IMG/VR virus record: IMGVR_UViG_3300020045_014212
Location: 1-62,550 of that record
Direction: 5' to 3' (one strand)
DNA length: 62,550 bases
Origin: a virus
Lineage: Duplodnaviria; Caudoviricetes
Shown: positions 56,530 through 62,550 of the stretch, in pieces
How positions within the stretch are numbered: position 1 is the first letter of the stretch
How the letters are laid out: every line of letters starts with the position of its first letter
The notes under the pieces: model-generated
What the model saw: only the letters and a program-made list of their open reading frames with translations
What the model was told of the DNA's origin: nothing
Databases searched by the model: none
Program-made: the position numbers and the translations under genes

Positions 56530-57069
56530 ATGTACTATCCAACTTCCGAAAAATTAGCCAGCGAAAATTACCCGTATGGCTTCAGATTAAAAACAACAAA
56601 ATACGACTGGCTGGAGTTCCGTAAGGGTAAAGGTTTTCGCCATGCGTCGCAAACAATTAACCCGAAAAATACCAGATTAAATGCCGAAAAATATGGCACA
56701 TACTACGACATACTTCTACTAACACACAACGAAGAAGGCCATGTAAAATGCCATGCATGGAGCTTAAACGGAAGGGACGAAATAAATAGGGCTTGTGTTG
56801 CTATGTCGGCTAATTTCGATTGCTTTTCAGTAGATGAGGTAAGGGACATATACGAAAGAATTTGGTTTGGTTTGGCTGTTGATATGAAAGCCACTTGCGT
56901 ATATGGTGGAGCTAAAATTGCCGACATTAAAAGCTTATATGTTGAATCGATGGAACTAGCAAACATTGGAAAAGAAACAGGTGTTAATTTGTTTGCAAAA
57001 ATCAAAATAGACACATCTGCTGTTGATAGTTTTAAACCTGAAAATTTTAATCCCTTCGGCACGATATGA
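56530..57069 (+). CDS. Hypothetical phage protein
   Basis: NYPYGFRLKT...EF..GKGFR...QT.NPK. Confidence 0.7.
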   Translation: MYYPTSEKLASENYPYGFRLKTTKYDWLEFRKGKGFRHASQTINPKNTRLNAEKYGTYYDILLLTHNEEGHVKCHAWSLNGRDEINRACVAMSANFDCFSVDEVRDIYERIWFGLAVDMKATCVYGGAKIADIKSLYVESMELANIGKETGVNLFAKIKIDTSAVDSFKPENFNPFGTI

Positions 57070-57194
57070 CACACGACCTCCAATTCCTATTTAACGCCGG
57101 ATTTTTCCGTCAGGTTATCCACTACTATTGCGAGACTGGGAAACAGATAAACATTGAACAAATCAAATCTTTTCACATTTTAAATTAAACAAAA

Positions 57195-57452
57195 ATGAAA
57201 ATAACATACAGGCCACATACAAGCCACAATCCTTTTTGCGACATAGTAGAAGGACAGATTGACACAGATACTATGATAACTTTCTATAAAGTGTTGGAAA
57301 GTGGATTGCAAGGCTGCGAAGTCTATATTGGTGAAAATTACAATGTAGGCAGTAAGAAAAAATCTCGCTCGTGGAATTATGATACTTCTACTATCCCAAA
57401 AAAATACTACGAAAATTGGGTTAAATTAAAAGATTATTACAATAACCTATAA
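57195..57452 (+). CDS. Hypothetical protein
   Basis: ORF in operon. Confidence 0.65.
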   Translation: MKITYRPHTSHNPFCDIVEGQIDTDTMITFYKVLESGLQGCEVYIGENYNVGSKKKSRSWNYDTSTIPKKYYENWVKLKDYYNNL

Positions 57453-57467
57453 AATTATACCAATTAA

Positions 57468-57498
57468 CCTGCCACAGTGCAGGATTTTTGGGTGAAAA
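57468..57498 (+). promoter_or_regulatory. Short hairpin + GGUGAAA element (copy 7)
   Basis: CCTGC CACAGT GCAGG ATTTTTGGGTGAAA; ATG at 57509. Confidence 0.65.
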
Positions 57499-57508
57499 CC
57501 ATATACAA

Positions 57509-57688
57509 ATGAAAACAGAACAGATTCACATATCGAGAATAATTGCAGGTGATACTATTTTGCATAATGGCAAAGATACAACAGTATGTAAAAAAGATAT
57601 TAAAAACGATGGCTTTAATGGAATAACGATATTTGGGGATAGTTATCACCTCGGTAACAAATTAGTAACAAGGATACTTTATGTATAA
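57509..57688 (+). CDS. Small phage protein
   Basis: HIS.I.AGDTI.H.G...TVC..DI...F.G.T.FGDSY. Confidence 0.7.
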   Translation: MKTEQIHISRIIAGDTILHNGKDTTVCKKDIKNDGFNGITIFGDSYHLGNKLVTRILYV

Positions 57689-57884
57689 CAACACACAAGC
57701 TCGCCAAGTTGCTGCTAACTGGCATGGAGGCCAAAATTCAGCCCTATATTCATTTGCTTCTACTGGCACGATTGATAGGGGGATAGAAGACTATAAAACC
57801 GAAATTTCAGATTGTAGGGCTTCTGGAAGGGAAAAACGGAAATTAGAAAAATTATTCATTTATCTTTGTTGGTGTATTATTTAA
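57681..57884 (+). CDS. Small phage protein
   Basis: WHGGQ.SALYSFASTG motif. Confidence 0.7.
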   Translation: MYNNTQARQVAANWHGGQNSALYSFASTGTIDRGIEDYKTEISDCRASGREKRKLEKLFIYLCWCII

Positions 57885-57949
57885 CACCTCAATAACAAAA
57901 ATAAATTAGGAATCGAAAAGATTATTTCATACCTTTACAAAAAAAACAC

Positions 57950-58207
57950 ATGGAAAGCACACTAAAATTAGATTTGCAAAAAATGGCATTGTATCAGATT
58001 GCCAGACTAATTAGGAAAGACTGGCTCAATGTTAGCCCACACGCAAAACCATACCTTAACGCAATGTTAGGACTGGAGAAGGTATCCGATAGCTACGGTA
58101 GCGATAATGGCAAATCAATAGTACTATATTTCCTTTCCAATGCAGCCACATGGCGAGGAGATAATGCGAAAACTATTAAAACACATTTAAAATCACTTGT
58201 AAAATAA
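57950..58207 (+). CDS. Phage protein
   Basis: IA..IR.DW...A.PYL.AM..L....YG.D...IV.YFL.NA..WRG. Confidence 0.75.
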   Translation: MESTLKLDLQKMALYQIARLIRKDWLNVSPHAKPYLNAMLGLEKVSDSYGSDNGKSIVLYFLSNAATWRGDNAKTIKTHLKSLVK

Positions 58208-58218
58208 CCAAAAATTAA

Positions 58219-58255
58219 CCCATACTCCTAACGAGATGGGATTTTTGGGTGAAAA
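58219..58255 (+). promoter_or_regulatory. Bulged-A hairpin + GGUGAAA element (copy 8)
   Basis: CCCAT-A-CTC CTAAC GAG-ATGGG ATTTTTGGGTGAAA. Confidence 0.75.
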
Positions 58256-58420
58256 TCTAAATATATGTTCGAACTAAAAACAATCAACCCACTTCACTCG
58301 CAAACATTTACCTTCTATTCATACGAGGAAGCGGTGGATAATTTCAAAAGGAGTGTGTTCGAATTTAAGGGATTCGGGAGTGTGGTTTTGAAATGTGAAG
58401 GCAACATAATATGTGAGTGC

Positions 58421-58444
58421 AAAATCCTTGAATGAGGATTTTTT
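58421..58444. terminator. Bidirectional terminator
   Basis: AAAATCCTT GAAT GAGGATTTTTT. Confidence 0.65.
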
Positions 58445-58500
58445 ATTTTAACATATGTGGAAAATTATAATTTATTATAAATTGTAATATGAATAAATAT

Positions 58501-58660
58501 AAAAATGTTCGAACCTGAAGCTCGTCTTATGGCTGTAGCGATTAACGCTCGGCGGAAGCTGGCCTCGGTTCGAACATATTGAATAATGTTATTGGAAGGG
58601 CAATCCTATCGCGGTATTGCTGCGCTGTGGCTGCTGTTCGCATGGCTGCCCTTCCAACAC
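58501..58660 (-). ncRNA. Candidate ~160-nt two-domain ncRNA with its own promoter
   Basis: Two 11-bp perfect stems (58505-15/58567-77 and 58592-602/58647-57), GC-rich, TTTG-N21-TATATTTG directly upstream, U5 after the last stem. Confidence 0.65.
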
Positions 58661-58947
58661 TACAAATATACGTCACTATCTGTTAGGAATCCAAATTTAT
58701 TTTGTTAACGAATAGTTATTACTCTTCCAATGTGATAATAAGGAGCCGCGCACGCGATATACAACAAAAAAATTGGATTGCAAAATCATTAACAAACATT
58801 AACAAATACAACTTCCAATGTTTAATTTTAGGACGAGGATACGTTAACAGATCTTTAACAAAAAAACACGAAAATAAATTAGGAAAGTGTCTTGTGGGGT
58901 TGTATATTTGCATTGTAATTAATCACTAACAACAAAAAACAAAAAAC

Positions 58948-59907
58948 ATGAAGTATTTTATCTTGGCTTTTGCGCCACACATCAAATTAATGTCGGACGG
59001 TACAGTTTGGAACATTACCGACAACAAACAATTGGAAATAGTAGAAGGCAAAGTTACCTTCACTCCCACAGAAAACTACGGCAAAACCATGAAGGCCGGA
59101 GTTGAGTGTACCGTACCTGTTGCAGCCCTTACAAAATTGGCTGACACCGAAGTTGACGGAAAAACAGGCTGGATTGATAGCGTAGAAAAGAAGGAACCTA
59201 CACCAGCGCAATTGGCACGCAAGGCCTTCAATGCACGCAAAAAGGAACTGGAGGGTATTATCGAAAAAAATGCTGCTATCCTTGCCGACTTTGACGCAGG
59301 AACACCTGAATTTGACGGTGCAAAAGTAGCTATCAAAACAGCCCGCGCCGAATTGGCTACATTAGTGCCACCTACTGTTGAAAAGGTTGAAAAGGTAGCT
59401 AAGGTGAAAAGTCAACCGGAAATTGATAGCGAGGCCAATATCGAAGTGTTATTTGCCGCTATGAATGCCGCAAAAGAAGCGTACAAATTGGCAATTGATA
59501 CGCACAATGCAACCGAAGGCTTCGGCAAATATGGTAGCAAAGCTACTGGAGAACGCGAAAAAGTTGCAAGTTTCGAAATGACCTACGAAATAGCTCAGGC
59601 AATCAGGGAATTTGCATCAAAAAATGATCTTTCACCTGCAGCAATGATAACGGCAATGGTTGAGGCAAAGGTTATACCTTCCGAAATTTCAACTCAAGCG
59701 CTCAACAAATACCTGAATTATCGCCAATTCCGACTGAAAAGGGATGAAACAAACATATTCATTCCTTTGAATGCAGAATATTACAATTGTTTTGCTGAGG
59801 AAAAAGTTGCGGAAATTCCGGCACTGGCCGCAGCACATAGGGCAACTGGAACTGCAATAACTACTTTGTGGGATGGCAAAATTAAGACAGCCACAGCCAC
59901 AGCATAA
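58948..59907 (+). CDS. Ala/Lys/Glu-rich hypothetical protein, monocistronic
   Basis: Promoter TATATTTG at 58903-58910; terminator at 59914-59940. Confidence 0.8.
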   Translation: MKYFILAFAPHIKLMSDGTVWNITDNKQLEIVEGKVTFTPTENYGKTMKAGVECTVPVAALTKLADTEVDGKTGWIDSVEKKEPTPAQLARKAFNARKKELEGIIEKNAAILADFDAGTPEFDGAKVAIKTARAELATLVPPTVEKVEKVAKVKSQPEIDSEANIEVLFAAMNAAKEAYKLAIDTHNATEGFGKYGSKATGEREKVASFEMTYEIAQAIREFASKNDLSPAAMITAMVEAKVIPSEISTQALNKYLNYRQFRLKRDETNIFIPLNAEYYNCFAEEKVAEIPALAAAHRATGTAITTLWDGKIKTATATA

Positions 59908-59913
59908 GAAATT

Positions 59914-59940
59914 AACCCCAAGCAATTGGGGTTTTTCTTT
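59914..59940 (+). terminator. Intrinsic terminator
   Basis: AACCCCAA GCAA TTGGGGTT TTTCTTT. Confidence 0.85.
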
Positions 59941-60205
59941 TATCTTACATATTTGAAAAAAAATAAACTGTAATTAGATTGATATAGGATTGTTCCTATA
60001 TGCCATTCTACGACCTAAAATTATTTTGTGTAGGTAGGTATCATTTTAATTTTGAAGGTCAGGAATCGACTGCCATGTGGCAAGGAATTGATTTTTCTAA
60101 TGATAGGTATATGTGGTGGGGTGGGTTGATGTTAACAAAACTATAACAATTATTTTTTTGTTTTTTGCTATTATTAGTTGTATATTTGTGAAACAATTGG
60201 GAGAT

Positions 60206-60724
60206 ATGAAATTAAAGATAGAAATTAAAAACCGCTGGACCGGAAAAATTCTATTTGAATTTGAAAGTGAAAATAATAATGTGAAAAATACGTTATTGGA
60301 AGCAATAAAAAGCAACGCCGACCTTAGCGATGCCAACCTTCGCAACGCCAACCTTCGCAACGCCGACCTTAGTAACGCCGACCTTAGCGGGGCCAACCTT
60401 AGTAACGCCGACCTTAGCGGGGCCAACCTTAGCTGGGCCAACCTTCGCGGGGCCGACCTTAGCGGGGCCAACCTTAGCGGGGCCGACCTTAGTAACGCCG
60501 ACCTGTCATATTCAAAAACAGATAAACGATATATACAAGTTTCGTGCATTGGTTCATCAAAAAGATTAACCACATATTGCTTTGAAGATGACATTGTATT
60601 ATGTGGCTGTTTCAAAGGGACATTATCTGAATTTGAGGCGAAAGTAAAAGAAACGCACGAAAATAACGAACAATATTTGAAAGAATATCTCGGTTTTATA
60701 AATTACATAAAATCTTTAAAATGA
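60206..60724 (+). CDS. Pentapeptide-repeat protein with DUF5758-like C-terminus
   Basis: A(D/N)LSxA repeats; IGS..R.T...CGCF.GTL.EFE..V..TH; promoter TATATTTG at 60181-60188. Confidence 0.9.
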   Translation: MKLKIEIKNRWTGKILFEFESENNNVKNTLLEAIKSNADLSDANLRNANLRNADLSNADLSGANLSNADLSGANLSWANLRGADLSGANLSGADLSNADLSYSKTDKRYIQVSCIGSSKRLTTYCFEDDIVLCGCFKGTLSEFEAKVKETHENNEQYLKEYLGFINYIKSLK

Positions 60725-61011
60725 CAAGCGACCAACTAAAAAAAGAAGGCGAACAAATTTCCGGCATGATGTGGGAACACTTCGGGGATTTATATTATTT
60801 GTTTCCGTCTGGTAGGGTTGAGCAACACTTCAAGATTACTGCTGTAGGATTGCAGGAAAAGATTGAAGATTTGGCGGAGGATGTGGTTGCGTCAGGGAAA
60901 AGGGAAACATTGCAAAAATATAGAGATTATCAAAGTCTTTATAACAGTTTATTTGAAAAAGTGTATGATTTGAGTTATACGCCAAATGATAAAGATTATT
61001 TTGTGTTATAA
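60721..61011 (+). CDS. Hypothetical protein
   Basis: Overlaps the upstream stop. Confidence 0.6.
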   Translation: MTSDQLKKEGEQISGMMWEHFGDLYYLFPSGRVEQHFKITAVGLQEKIEDLAEDVVASGKRETLQKYRDYQSLYNSLFEKVYDLSYTPNDKDYFVL

Positions 61012-61180
61012 AAATATTAAAGGAGAGTAATCGAAAATCCTTAATAGAGTAGAATATATTGTTAATTCGAAAATCGGGAGATATGCGAAACAAATCAAGC
61101 CCTACAAGGCAACAACCGAATGCGAGCGGAATCTCAGCCACATTATATATTTATTAATTCTCCGGCCAGGCCACTCATCA

Positions 61181-61219
61181 CCCGCTACCTTTAACAAGGA
61201 GCGGGTTTTGGAGTGAAAA
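61181..61219 (+). promoter_or_regulatory. Bulged-A hairpin + GAGUGAAA element (copy 9)
   Basis: CCCGCT-A-CCT TTAACA AGG-AGCGGG TTTTGGAGTGAAA; ATG at 61229. Confidence 0.7.
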
Positions 61220-61228
61220 GATTATAAT

Positions 61229-61552
61229 ATGCAAAAGTACAATATCGAAGATTATACTATATTGGTTCAAAAGGACGAAGATTTTGAAATTAGAGAAAAA
61301 TCTATTTCATTTGAACCAATGGTATTGACTTGCGAAAAGGGGATTGATAACGGATTGATTTTAAATGTAATTAAGATTAATCATTCTGTTCAATTCTGCA
61401 AAAATATGAATTTCCACAATGGATATGAAATTTATGTCAAAGTCGCCAAGTCGCCAAATAAAGATTATATGGCTGGCGAACAATTCCCTATAATGATTCC
61501 TTCGCATATTGAAATTGTAGAACATCTTTCAAAAAGATATAAAATTAATTAG
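61229..61552 (+). CDS. Hypothetical protein
   Basis: Follows leader element copy 9. Confidence 0.65.
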   Translation: MQKYNIEDYTILVQKDEDFEIREKSISFEPMVLTCEKGIDNGLILNVIKINHSVQFCKNMNFHNGYEIYVKVAKSPNKDYMAGEQFPIMIPSHIEIVEHLSKRYKIN

Positions 61553-61556
61553 TTAT

Positions 61557-61985
61557 ATGAAACTAACCTTCTCTGCCTACAACGGCACAAGATTAATAAA
61601 AACCGGCATTCAGATTGAAGATTTGGCTGAGTATAAGGAAAAGAATCCATCCTATTCGTACAAAAGTGAAGGTAGCGAAAAAACCGGACGTGAGAAGTTT
61701 ATGTCTGGATTATCTCCAACTCAGATTCAGGACGTGAAGGATGGTTACAAGGCCGTTAAATATTCTTCTGCTTTAGGAGAGGATGGGGTGGAAATTGGGT
61801 ACTACCTGAAGGTAATGAAGGAGAAAGAAGCGTCCACACCACGACTTTTGGAAAGCAATAAAAGGCAATATGTACTTTCATTCCTCCGGACTAATTGCTC
61901 TGATTTGTACGGAGCCTTTGCTTCGGCGGTTGATGTGGATATTGATGAAGATTTCTTTAACAAGGTAATAAAATCTTTGGTATGA
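61557..61985 (+). CDS. Hypothetical protein
   Basis: ORF in operon. Confidence 0.65.
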   Translation: MKLTFSAYNGTRLIKTGIQIEDLAEYKEKNPSYSYKSEGSEKTGREKFMSGLSPTQIQDVKDGYKAVKYSSALGEDGVEIGYYLKVMKEKEASTPRLLESNKRQYVLSFLRTNCSDLYGAFASAVDVDIDEDFFNKVIKSLV

Positions 61986-62126
61986 CAACAGAATTTGAAC
62001 TCGTCCTCGAAAAACAAAACCTCCTCACCGAAATACTCAGATTAGAATTACTTCTATTCGGCACAAGTTCGGACGTGAAAAAGAAGCCAATAGAGGAACT
62101 GCGTACAATCCACGAGAAATTGAAAG

Positions 62127-62330
62127 ATGAATACGATAATCAATTGTGAGAAACTTGGATACATTTACGGAAAGTCATATGGCTCAGGAAAATCACTTGC
62201 TGCCAAAATGCTTGTAGATGAAATATTTGCTGTCGCTCCGAACGCTCGTATTTTATTACTTGGAGCAGATGGAACAAAAGTTATCGCTGTTTCTGATAAA
62301 AATACTGATTTCAAGGAATTTAAAAGTTAA
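62127..62330 (+). CDS. Hypothetical protein
   Basis: ORF in operon; P-loop-like GKSYGSGKS. Confidence 0.5.
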   Translation: MNTIINCEKLGYIYGKSYGSGKSLAAKMLVDEIFAVAPNARILLLGADGTKVIAVSDKNTDFKEFKS

Positions 62331-62334
62331 AAAT

Positions 62335-62550
62335 ATGAAAATCAAACTGCAGATCAAATCAAAATTAGGAAGTGTATTATTTGAACTTGAAAAAGAAAAC
62401 AATACAATTAAGGAAACGGTTCTTGAAGCTATAAAAAGCAACGCCAACCTTCGCAACGCCGACCTTAGTAACGCCGACCTTAGCGGGGCCAACCTTAGCT
62501 GGGCCAACCTTCGCGGGGCCAACCTTAGCGAGGACAACCTTCGCTGGGCC
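62335..62550 (+). CDS. Pentapeptide-repeat protein, 5' part (runs off the end)
   Basis: [45 protein letters not shown]...; N-terminus paralogous to 60206..60724. Confidence 0.85.
   Translation, partial: MKIKLQIKSKLGSVLFELEKENNTIKETVLEAIKSNANLRNADLSNADLSGANLSWANLRGANLSEDNLRWA

Larger units (their letters stand above)
1..62550. mobile_element. Near-complete tailed bacteriophage genome (myovirus-type, probable Bacteroidota host)
   Basis: Terminase, portal, Clp-type protease, capsid, sheath, tube, tape measure, baseplate, lysis and replication genes; no host housekeeping context; both ends lie in the same pentapeptide-repeat gene. Confidence 0.95.

Noticed and set aside
60097-60615. Antisense and alternate-frame ORFs over pentapeptide repeats (also 60330..60569, 62256..62537)
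   Set aside because: Shadows of the stop-free repeat sequence.

Overview
The window looks like an essentially complete, circularly permuted ~62.5 kb tailed-phage genome with a contractile tail and a Mu-like head/neck. The host is most likely Bacteroidota, judged from repeated TAnnTTTG promoters, A/T-rich non-SD leaders and a DUF3127-type SSB. Both ends fall inside one pentapeptide-repeat gene. Modules: early/accessory small ORFs (52-62.5 kb and 0-6.2 kb); nucleotide metabolism and recombination (6.3-13.3 kb, minus: Nudix, YqaJ-like nuclease, annealing protein, dNMP kinase, ThyA, SSB); replication/modification (13.4-19.8 kb, plus: clamp-like protein, DnaQ exonuclease, SF2 helicase, C5 methyltransferase); lysis, tail, head and terminase (19.8-45 kb, minus); primase-helicase operon (45-50.6 kb, minus). 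The most striking signal is non-coding: a ~150-nt element at 2790-2940 reproduces the 23S rRNA uL11-binding/GTPase-associated domain (H43/H44), with compensatory changes at known tertiary contacts and a 78-nt insertion. Also notable are nine copies of a bulged-A hairpin + U-tract + GGUGAAA leader element, a promoter-driven two-domain candidate ncRNA at 58.5 kb, a ferritin beside the portal gene, and signal-peptide proteins inside the structural module. All family calls come from motif recognition by eye; no searches were run.
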